58,423 bases of DNA from a virus (IMGVR_UViG_3300023174_000191:1-58423), one strand, 5' to 3'. Positions 41,335-47,723 are shown, counted from the first letter of the stretch. Notes: generated by a model from the letters alone, not told the origin. Numbers and translations are program-made.

Positions 41335-41660
41335 TATCGGGAGAATAAAGTATATAGACTAAATCAAAATCAAAATCAATGTCAAAGACCTTCCGTTACA
41401 GCAAAGACAAAAACAAAAACTAAGTCTCGTTTCGTTAGCCACTTTTAATCTCCCATCAGGAGTAACATGTCTAACTATTGAGTTCTATCTCAGTTTGGTT
41501 TAATTTGTAACAGAAGCGAGTTGGCTGGTAGGCACGGGGCCTACGTTAATTGCTGTTGATTAGTATCATATATCTTTATAAGTTATAAATTGCTTTATAG
41601 CTCCCGATATTAAACTTCCAGGTATCGGCTTTTGCTCATCCTTTCAGTACCACAACTACT
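41335..41660 (-). ncRNA. Putative structured ncRNA with ten phased hexamer repeats
   Basis: Closing helix TATCGGGAG/CTCCCGATA, 11-bp helix CTTCTGTTACA/TGTAACGGAAG, several hairpins; no credible ORF. Confidence 0.6.
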
Positions 41661-41663
41661 TTT

Positions 41664-42575
41664 CTATTTTATTGTTTTAAGAAACTCATCCACTACTGGT
41701 TGGAATCTAGGAGCAACGTCTATTTTAAGAGCCACTGCTGCTTCAATTCTTTCTTGGCGTTTAGCCTCAAATTCTTGAGTTTCTTTTCTTACGAAAGCTG
41801 ACCATTCTTCATTTAGCTTTTTATATTCATCACGTAAAATTTGGTTAGCTTCATTTGCTTTTGCCACTGCATCTCCATTTTCATTTGCAATTCGAGCATT
41901 TTCTTTAGTCACAGCATTTTTTACTTTCGACTTGAAGTAATTTACTTTTTGCTCATATTCTCTATGAGTATTTGCTAACTCTTCATGTATTGAAAGCAAT
42001 TGAGCGGAAGTGTGATGAACTGCTACTTTCATAGGAGTTTTCTTTCCTGTTTCAATTTCCATGAATTCCAAAGTTTTAATTTTTGGCAATTCTGTTCTTA
42101 AACGATCTAAAGTTCCTCCTTTATGGATAAACTGACCGATGTGCGCTGCATAAGCCTCTGCTTCTAAAAATTCATTATATTCAGCAGCTGATAATTCATT
42201 CCAAGCCCACTCTTCAGAAACAAGTTCTTTTAATTCAACTTCAACATACTCTGGAGATTCTGGTCTAGGTTCTGAAGGATAATATTGCTCTTTTTGAATA
42301 GACTTAATCAAAGAATCTTTCGCTTTGATATTTTCCATTAAAAATGCTTGAGTAGCAGCAAGTCTTGCTTTTTCTTGAATTAACTCAGCTACATTACCTG
42401 GTAAAGGTTTTGCTGGAGTTTCAATATAAGTGTCAGAACCGATTGTCAACGTCTTTTCAACGTTATTAACATCAGACAATGTATTAGACAATTCGATAGA
42501 TCTCTGATTACACAAATTAGAGATTGATTGTGCTTGAGACAAAGATAACCCTTTAGTAGATAATGAATTTTTCAT
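41664..42575 (-). CDS. Uncharacterised long alpha-helical/coiled-coil protein (303 aa)
   Basis: Glu/Ala/Lys-rich helical sequence; sits inside the tRNA region immediately upstream of the putative ncRNA. Confidence 0.85.
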   Translation of the reverse strand: MKNSLSTKGLSLSQAQSISNLCNQRSIELSNTLSDVNNVEKTLTIGSDTYIETPAKPLPGNVAELIQEKARLAATQAFLMENIKAKDSLIKSIQKEQYYPSEPRPESPEYVEVELKELVSEEWAWNELSAAEYNEFLEAEAYAAHIGQFIHKGGTLDRLRTELPKIKTLEFMEIETGKKTPMKVAVHHTSAQLLSIHEELANTHREYEQKVNYFKSKVKNAVTKENARIANENGDAVAKANEANQILRDEYKKLNEEWSAFVRKETQEFEAKRQERIEAAVALKIDVAPRFQPVVDEFLKTIK

Positions 42576-42609
42576 AATAGATAATATTTAGTATTTGTTA
42601 ATAAATTAG

Positions 42610-42681
42610 TGGAGCTACCGAGATTCGAACTCGGAATAACAGAGTGCAAGTCTATCGTGATGCCAATTTCACTATAACCCC
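42610..42681 (-). tRNA. tRNA-Ala(TGC)
   Basis: Cloverleaf, G3:U70, loop CTTGCAC. Confidence 0.9.
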
Positions 42682-42686
42682 TTTTG

Positions 42687-42758
42687 TACTGCCACGGAGA
42701 ATCGAACTCCGATTTTATGGATGAAAACCATAGGTCCTGACCGTTAGACGATGGCAGC
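42687..42758 (-). tRNA. tRNA-Glu(TTC)
   Basis: TATGG-TTTTCAT-CCATA. Confidence 0.9.
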
Positions 42759-42764
42759 AATTTG

Positions 42765-42852
42765 AGGAAGATGTGGGATTCGAACCCACGGAGGATTTGA
42801 CCCCTCTCCGGTTTTCAAGACCGGTGCAATAGACCAACTCTGCCAACCTTCC
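42765..42852 (-). tRNA. tRNA-Ser(TGA)
   Basis: CCGGT-CTTGAAA-ACCGG, long variable arm. Confidence 0.92.
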
Positions 42853-42861
42853 CTTTTAATT

Positions 42862-42901
42862 CTTCATAAATATAAGATAACCTTTTGGAGTATCCTAATC
42901 T
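42862..42901 (-). repeat. 40-bp exact direct repeat (other copy at 48385-48424), promoter-like
   Basis: cttcataaatataagataaccttttggagtatcctaatct is identical at both sites. Confidence 0.85.
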
Positions 42902-43821
42902 AAATTATAAATAGTTTCACATTCAGCGAATAATTTTTCATATCGTGCGTCAAATTCTCCTAACTGATTTAACGAATTTACTACCACGTCTAATACTAGA
43001 GTTCTAGTAAATTTATTATCATAATATTTTTTCAGCCCCCAAGAATGTTTTATAGCATTTGCTATTTGTGCCGTTTCTATATTACTATCTAAAGGCGGAA
43101 CCCATTCTATTCCATTTGAATCAATATCTCCTCCAATATGAGGTTGATATACTGATTTTAGAATTTCGCTTTTTGTTAAATTTAAATCATCTATTAGCAC
43201 AGGCAATAACCTTTGTTCTATAAACATTGTACTGCAATCTTCATTAACAAAATTAAATTGTTTTGAATGAGTTTGTTCAATTATCTTACTTGAAATTTCA
43301 AACCATTTTGTAATCAATTCTTTAAAATTAGAATTAAAGCATACTATAGCACAATTTACTGGGTTTATATTCCAATTATAATTTACATCGTCAATCCAAT
43401 TAATTGGATCTGGATATACATTAAAAGGATCATATTCGGCAATAGCTTCTTGATGATAAAATACAAAATCAGTTTCATTACTAATTAAATTAGGCTCTGA
43501 AATCCATAGATCAGTATCAAATATACAAAATCTAGTTTCTTCACGAGCTAATTTATTAGCTAAATATATTTTACAAAAACTCCAAAATTTATTTGAGTAT
43601 TCTTTATATGGATTAGTTTCTAAAAACTGAGTATTTATTTCGTCATACTCTTCATCTAATCCATATTTGCTAATAGAATCTAAATATCTTTGATTGCAAT
43701 ATAATTTAACTGACCCGTAATTCTTTTTCCAAAATTTAATAGAAGCTAATTGAACTAAATAATTTATAGCTTCAAACTCGCCATCATCTTTTGTTTGATA
43801 ATAAACATGATATCCTGTCAT
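42895..43821 (-). CDS. Putative nucleotide-diphospho-sugar transferase-like protein (DUF6734-like)
   Basis: S...W...YG.V.LY, FW...K.Y, F.IFD.D (DxD), NCAIV, F.EQRLL, H.WG.K. Confidence 0.55.
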   Translation of the reverse strand: MTGYHVYYQTKDDGEFEAINYLVQLASIKFWKKNYGSVKLYCNQRYLDSISKYGLDEEYDEINTQFLETNPYKEYSNKFWSFCKIYLANKLAREETRFCIFDTDLWISEPNLISNETDFVFYHQEAIAEYDPFNVYPDPINWIDDVNYNWNINPVNCAIVCFNSNFKELITKWFEISSKIIEQTHSKQFNFVNEDCSTMFIEQRLLPVLIDDLNLTKSEILKSVYQPHIGGDIDSNGIEWVPPLDSNIETAQIANAIKHSWGLKKYYDNKFTRTLVLDVVVNSLNQLGEFDARYEKLFAECETIYNLD

Positions 43822-43836
43822 AACTTATTTATTTTG

Positions 43837-43907
43837 AGGCGCGAGCTGGATTCGAACCAGCATAACAGATTTTGCAGACCTGAACCTAACCATTCAGTCA
43901 TCACGCC
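43837..43907 (-). tRNA. tRNA-Cys(GCA)
   Basis: CAGGT-CTGCAAA-ATCTG, U73. Confidence 0.9.
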
Positions 43908-43914
43908 ATTATTG

Positions 43915-43986
43915 AACTCCTAATAGGACTCGAACCTATATCATCTGGTCCGTAGCCAAACGTTTTTCCAATTAAACTATAAGAGC
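43915..43986 (-). tRNA. tRNA-Arg(ACG)
   Basis: TTTGG-CTACGGA-CCAGA. Confidence 0.88.
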
Positions 43987-44001
43987 ATTTTTTTAATAGT
44001 T

Positions 44002-44169
44002 TTAAATAATTTTTTCGGTTCCATTATTTTCTCTTATGTTAAAATGAAATCCAAATATTCTAATTTGAAAACCTTTTATGTAAGTATACTTTTTAAAATA
44101 AAACACCCACCATCCAATTTTTTTAATTGGGAACCATCTCGTACCTATGTACGTAACATCGATTTTCAT
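44002..44169 (-). CDS. Small aromatic-rich hypothetical protein (likely start MKIDVTY)
   Basis: Fills the gap between two tRNAs; the longer start in the ORF track overlaps tRNA-Leu. Confidence 0.45.
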   Translation of the reverse strand: MKIDVTYIGTRWFPIKKIGWWVFYFKKYTYIKGFQIRIFGFHFNIRENNGTEKII

Positions 44170-44187
44170 ACTTTTATTTTTAATTTG

Positions 44188-44261
44188 TACCCAAGGCGAG
44201 ACTCGAACTCGCAAAATCTAGATCCTAAGTCTAGCGCCTATACCAATTCGGCTACTCGGGC
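44188..44261 (-). tRNA. tRNA-Leu(TAG) with short variable loop
   Basis: CTAGA-CTTAGGA-TCTAG; Leu-type D arm. Confidence 0.85.
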
Positions 44262-44268
44262 AATTTCG

Positions 44269-44340
44269 TACCCCATCCAGGAATCGAACCTAGAACTAAT
44301 CTTTAGAAGAGATTTGTTATATCCGTTTAACTAATAGGGC
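44269..44340 (-). tRNA. tRNA-Arg(TCT)
   Basis: AATCT-CTTCTAA-AGATT. Confidence 0.9.
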
Positions 44341-44344
44341 ATAG

Positions 44345-44429
44345 AGGAAAGAAGAGGTATCGAACCCCATGCCAATTAAGGCACGATTTGCTTAGCAAGC
44401 AATCTTGATCCCTGATCAATTTACTTTCC
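44345..44429 (-). tRNA. tRNA-Ser(GCT), atypical D arm
   Basis: TTGC-TTGCTAA-GCAA, long variable arm, D hairpin TTGAT-CAGGG-ATCAA. Confidence 0.8.
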
Positions 44430-44435
44430 AATTTG

Positions 44436-44520
44436 TACACCTGGCCGGACTCGAACCGGCACCCCCCTTACGGAGGATTGGATTTTAAGTCCAACGTGTC
44501 TACCATTCCACCACAGGTGC
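44436..44520 (-). tRNA. tRNA-Leu(TAA)
   Basis: TTGGA-CTTAAAA-TCCAA, long variable arm. Confidence 0.93.
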
Positions 44521-44526
44521 ATTAAG

Positions 44527-44600
44527 TGTGAAAGATGGGACTCGAACCCACAATCGCCTGAACCACAATCAGGTGCTTTACCAATTCAGCTACAATCACC
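44527..44600 (-). tRNA. tRNA-His(GTG)
   Basis: CCTGA-TTGTGGT-TCAGG, extra 5' G. Confidence 0.88.
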
Positions 44601-44610
44601 ATGTATCTTG

Positions 44611-44682
44611 TTGGGTTACTAGGATTCGAACCTAGACTAAAACAGTCAAAGTGTTTTGTGCTAACCGTTACACTATAACCCA
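44611..44682 (-). tRNA. tRNA-Gln(TTG)
   Basis: AAACA-CTTTGAC-TGTTT. Confidence 0.9.
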
Positions 44683-44689
44683 AAATTTG

Positions 44690-44757
44690 TACCGAGTAAT
44701 GGTATCGAGCCATTCTAGAAATAGATATGAGCCATCTCCGGTCCCTGACCACTCGGC
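44690..44757 (-). tRNA. Atypical tRNA(CAT) with minimal D arm
   Basis: Acceptor GCCGAGT/ACTCGGT, D hairpin GGTC-AGG-GACC, GATGG-CTCATAT-CTATT, T loop CTCGATA. Confidence 0.65.
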
Positions 44758-44767
44758 AATTAAATTG

Positions 44768-44840
44768 TGGGAACTGCAGGAATCGAACCTGCTCCTTTAG
44801 TTCTTCAGACTAACGCGCGCACCAGCTACGCCAAGTTCCC
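44768..44840 (-). tRNA. tRNA-Phe(GAA)
   Basis: TTAGT-CTGAAGA-ACTAA. Confidence 0.9.
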
Positions 44841-44992
44841 AATGCCTGGCTCGAAACCAGGCTTCTCATATAAAGGCATTTACATTTTTACTCAGCTTCC
44901 TTCGTTATCCATGACACAGCACATTGCTATCTGGCATGGAAAGTCAAATGCCTCAAAAACAAACACATAAAGAAAAAGTTCAAAACCATTTG

Positions 44993-45064
44993 CGGTCTAT
45001 TCGGGATTCGAACCCGAGTCTTCTACGTGACAGGCAGACATCCATACCCCTGGACCAATAGACC
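44993..45064 (-). tRNA. tRNA-Asp(GTC) copy 1
   Basis: TCTGC-CTGTCAC-GTAGA. Confidence 0.9.
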
Positions 45065-45072
45065 AATTTTTG

Positions 45073-45146
45073 TGTCCTATACAGGATTTGAACCTGTGAC
45101 CTTCTCGTTATGAGCGAGCTGCTCTGACCAGCTGAGCTAAAAGGAC
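45073..45146 (-). tRNA. tRNA(CAT), Met or Ile2
   Basis: CTCG-CTCATAA-CGAG, canonical D and T arms. Confidence 0.85.
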
Positions 45147-45152
45147 ATTTTG

Positions 45153-45223
45153 TACCTCGTAGTGGAATCGAACCACTGCCCTTTGCATGTAAAACAAATA
45201 CGCTTCCATTACGCCAACGAGGC
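45153..45223 (-). tRNA. tRNA-Val(TAC)
   Basis: TTTGT-TTTACAT-GCAAA. Confidence 0.88.
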
Positions 45224-45288
45224 AAATCTAATTCTATGCGTCGGTGCTTATTAAGCGGTGATCTATGAATTAGTAACAGTCTTATTCG

Positions 45289-45359
45289 TACCCCCTGAAG
45301 GTAATGCTCCTTCTTCCCGATATTAAAAGTATCGTGCTTCACTTTAAAGCCTAGAGGGC
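45289..45359 (-). tRNA. tRNA-Lys(TTT) with non-canonical T loop
   Basis: CGATA-CTTTTAA-TATCG; T arm GAAGG-AGCATTA-CCTTC. Confidence 0.7.
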
Positions 45360-45365
45360 TAATAG

Positions 45366-45441
45366 TCTGATAGGCAGGATTCGAACCTGCGTGCTCCTAC
45401 GTCCAAGGTAGGCTAGATAAACCGGACTCCTATACTACCAG
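45366..45441 (-). tRNA. tRNA-Pro(TGG)
   Basis: CCTAC-CTTGGAC-GTAGG. Confidence 0.88.
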
Positions 45442-45452
45442 AAGTATATTTG

Positions 45453-45526
45453 TAGTGATAATAGGACTCGAACCTATATCCTCCTCGGTATCAGCGAGGT
45501 GCTCCAACCAATTGAGCTATACCACT
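45453..45526 (-). tRNA. tRNA-Ile(GAT)
   Basis: CCTCG-CTGATAC-CGAGG. Confidence 0.9.
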
Positions 45527-45532
45527 ATATTG

Positions 45533-45606
45533 AGCCGAGGACAGGACTCGAACCGACGTCTTTGGCTTATGAGACCAAGCTGGGACCATCTCCAGTCTAA
45601 CTCGCG
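45533..45606 (-). tRNA. tRNA(CAT), Met or Ile2, imperfect acceptor stem
   Basis: TTGGT-CTCATAA-GCCAA; GGTTCGAGTCC. Confidence 0.75.
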
Positions 45607-45612
45607 ATATTG

Positions 45613-45684
45613 CGGTCTATTCGGGATTCGAACCCGAGTCTTCTACGTGACAGGCAGGCATCCATTCCCCTGGACCAATAGACC
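45613..45684 (-). tRNA. tRNA-Asp(GTC) copy 2
   Basis: Differs from copy 1 at two positions. Confidence 0.9.
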
Positions 45685-45690
45685 TTATTG

Positions 45691-45762
45691 TGGAGCTATG
45701 GAGAATCGAACTCCAATTTATGAATTGCAAATCCATTGTAATAGCCGTTATACTATAACCCC
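45691..45762 (-). tRNA. tRNA-Ala(TGC)
   Basis: G3:U70, ATGGA-TTTGCAA-TTCAT. Confidence 0.88.
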
Positions 45763-45766
45763 AATT

Positions 45767-45892
45767 AAATTAAATAAATAAGTCTTCGTCTCTCCTAGCT
45801 GGCCCACTTGAAGATTACTCTTCGTGCCCGACTCGAACGGGAATGCTAGCGACTCAATCCAGCTTGCCCATAAATGGGTATTTATTTAATTT
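45767..45892 (-). ncRNA. Putative tRNA-mimic/Y-RNA-like element
   Basis: 14-bp terminal inverted repeat, internal AGCTGG/CCAGCT helix, T arm CCCG-TTCGAGT-CGGG, GAAGA-GTAA-TCTTC hairpin. Confidence 0.5.
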
Positions 45893-45894
45893 TG

Positions 45895-45966
45895 TACTAC
45901 CGAGGAGAATCGAACTCCCGTTTCAACAGTGAAAGTGTTGTGTCCTAGCCGTTAGACGACGGTAGC
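45895..45966 (-). tRNA. tRNA-Glu(TTC)
   Basis: CAACA-CTTTCAC-TGTTG. Confidence 0.9.
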
Positions 45967-45973
45967 AAATTTG

Positions 45974-46045
45974 AGCGAGTAGACGGAATCGAACCGACAT
46001 CATCTGGTTGGAAGCCAGAGATAATAACCGTTATACGATACTCGC
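45974..46045 (-). tRNA. tRNA-Gly(TCC)
   Basis: TCTGG-CTTCCAA-CCAGA. Confidence 0.9.
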
Positions 46046-46054
46046 AAATTAAAG

Positions 46055-46126
46055 AGCCTCTACAAGGAATCGAACCCTGTTATCTTGTGTACAAAACAAG
46101 TGCATCACCATTTATGCTTTAGAGGC
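46055..46126 (-). tRNA. tRNA-Thr(TGT)
   Basis: CTTGT-TTTGTAC-ACAAG. Confidence 0.88.
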
Positions 46127-46206
46127 CATTTAAACTACAAGCGGTTCTCGTATCCGTTCTGCAGGTTAGCCCCTGCTGCTTTGCAATAAGCTAATTCCAA
46201 TTAATT

Positions 46207-46713
46207 TTAAAAGAATAGAAAGGTCTCCCACTCTTTTGGTATGTAAGTCATAGATCTCATTAACATTAAATAGTGAGGTCTTTTTGGCTCTGGAATTTCC
46301 TTACCGTACTCCTCCAATGTTAAATCTGCCTTTTCATGATTACATGGACGACAAGCGGTAACTAAATTATCCCAAGCGTCTTTTCCTCCTTTTGATTGAG
46401 GTATAACATGATCTAATGTCAATAGTTTTTGATTTGAACTACCGCAATACACACATTCATAATTGTCTCTTTTATAAACGTTTTCTCTTGTTAAAGGAAC
46501 TCTATTAATATGCTGTTTAACATATTTAGCAACTCTAATAATAGAAGGTTTGTATATAATTAATTCAGGATTAATTAAGCTAAACGTTTCTGGATGGTCA
46601 GCTATCACTTCGGCATTGCCTTTATAACAAATTACAAACGCTCTTTCTGTGCTTATAACTGACCTCGCAGTAAAACTTGCATCTACTACAAGTGCTTTTT
46701 GATACTTACTCAT
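46207..46713 (-). CDS. HNH endonuclease (McrA-like) within the tRNA array
   Basis: RD.Y.C.YCG...LTLDHVIP.S.GG...W.NLVTAC..CN..K. Confidence 0.92.
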   Translation of the reverse strand: MSKYQKALVVDASFTARSVISTERAFVICYKGNAEVIADHPETFSLINPELIIYKPSIIRVAKYVKQHINRVPLTRENVYKRDNYECVYCGSSNQKLLTLDHVIPQSKGGKDAWDNLVTACRPCNHEKADLTLEEYGKEIPEPKRPHYLMLMRSMTYIPKEWETFLFF

Positions 46714-46745
46714 CGCTTACTAATTTATATTATTATACTTATTTG

Positions 46746-46816
46746 CACGCCAGGAAGGATTCGAACCTTCATCATCGGTTTTGGAGACCGGTATGCTACC
46801 ATTGCACCACTGACGC
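46746..46816 (-). tRNA. tRNA-Trp(CCA)
   Basis: CGGT-CTCCAAA-ACCG. Confidence 0.9.
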
Positions 46817-46822
46817 ATTTTG

Positions 46823-46894
46823 AGGGCTGGGAGAATTTCGAAATCTCGACCCGCTGCCTAACAAACAGCCGCTCTGCCTCTGAGCTACCAACCC
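46823..46894 (-). tRNA. tRNA-Asn(GTT)
   Basis: GCTGT-TTGTTAG-GCAGC. Confidence 0.85.
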
Positions 46895-46906
46895 AATTAA
46901 TATTTG

Positions 46907-46987
46907 TGGGATACTGTGGAATCGAACCACACCTTCTTACAGAACGATTTTACAGACCGCTTATCACACCAGTGACTGAAGCATCCC
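46907..46987 (-). tRNA. tRNA-Tyr(GTA)
   Basis: GCGGT-CTGTAAA-ATCGT, variable arm. Confidence 0.88.
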
Positions 46988-47135
46988 AATTTTGACTACT
47001 ACCTGACTCCTTTCGAACTTTGCAGGCTCGTATCATTCATTCTTAGTAGTCCAAGGCGTTACGCGTCCATCTAGTAACTTTAATTTTCTTGAGTCCGGAT
47101 AAGCGCTTATCAACTCTAGGACATTACCTTGTTTG

Positions 47136-47209
47136 AGCGGTGCAAGGGATTCGAACCCTTACCTCGAGTTTGGAAGACTCATATGCTAACCGTTAAACAC
47201 CAGCACCGC
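47136..47209 (-). tRNA. tRNA-Gly(TCC)
   Basis: TGAGT-CTTCCAA-ACTCG. Confidence 0.9.
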
Positions 47210-47224
47210 AAATTAATTTAGCCA

Positions 47225-47240
47225 ATATGTCAATGAACTC
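47225..47240 (-). promoter_or_regulatory. boxA-like antitermination element before the first tRNA
   Basis: GAGTTCATTGACATAT resembles rrn boxA (GxTCTTTxACA). Confidence 0.5.
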
Positions 47241-47440
47241 ATTATATCAAATTAGCCTCAATTTCTTGAGTTTCCAACATCGCCACGTGGAGGCTTTGAT
47301 ATGATGTCGCTGAGTGTCGTTGCTACTCTATATTGCCTGGCCAGACTATATTTCACCATTCTCGTTTATTTTAATTCGGTAACCCCTACTACCCGCCTGG
47401 TACCACGAATATAAAAATATCTTTTTCTAATTTCTATACA

Positions 47441-47474
47441 TAAAGATAAGTAATTAATTTGAAAGTACCAAATC
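47441..47474 (-). promoter_or_regulatory. Putative early promoter of the tRNA operon
   Basis: GATTTGGT-N16-CTTATCTTTA. Confidence 0.7.
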
Positions 47475-47513
47475 TTTTTTAAGAAATTTTAATTTATTTT
47501 TATGACCAGGTCA

Positions 47514-47547
47514 ATAAAAAAGCCCCGGATTTTATGGTCCGAGGCTT
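47514..47547 (-). terminator. Intrinsic terminator (candidate attenuator)
   Basis: AAGCCTCGGA-ccataaaa-TCCGGGGCTT followed by a U-run. Confidence 0.85.
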
Positions 47548-47576
47548 AAATTATAGTAATATGTAAATTACCTATA

Positions 47577-47723
47577 TCATACCTCAGTCCCTCCTTTTTT
47601 CGGTTCCCATGTAATACTATCATTACGTAAAGAGCCTAAAATCACATCATTATTACATATCGTAGCTCCTGCTCCTTGAAGCATTCTAAACGATTGTGAT
47701 TGATATGTATGGACTTGTTTCAT
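47577..47723 (-). CDS. 48-aa candidate leader peptide MKQVHTYQSQSFRMLQGAGATICNNDVILGSLRNDSITWEPKKGGTEV
   Basis: Manual translation; ATG 18 nt downstream of the late-promoter motif at 47741-47749; stop about 30 nt before the terminator. Confidence 0.6.
   Translation of the reverse strand: MKQVHTYQSQSFRMLQGAGATICNNDVILGSLRNDSITWEPKKGGTEV

Noticed and set aside
41354-41426. CRISPR array or simple microsatellite
   Set aside because: Units are 6 nt, degenerate and have no spacers; no cas genes or 25-45-nt repeat-spacer pattern were seen anywhere in the window.
41354-41447. prfB-like +1 frameshift site (GGT CTT TGA C) joining DLVFVFVFAVTEGL to DIDFDFDLVY
   Set aside because: The frame has an in-frame TAA just upstream and no start codon after it, and the segment pairs in an 11-bp helix. 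An RNA-level explanation is preferred, though it is worth rechecking in homologues.
42572-45342. Minus-strand ORFs 42572..42760, 44522..44752 and 44980..45342
   Set aside because: They run through clear tRNA genes.
44993-45684. Duplicated tRNA-Asp as attL/attR of an integrated element
   Set aside because: Both copies are full length, only tRNAs lie between them, and there is no integrase.
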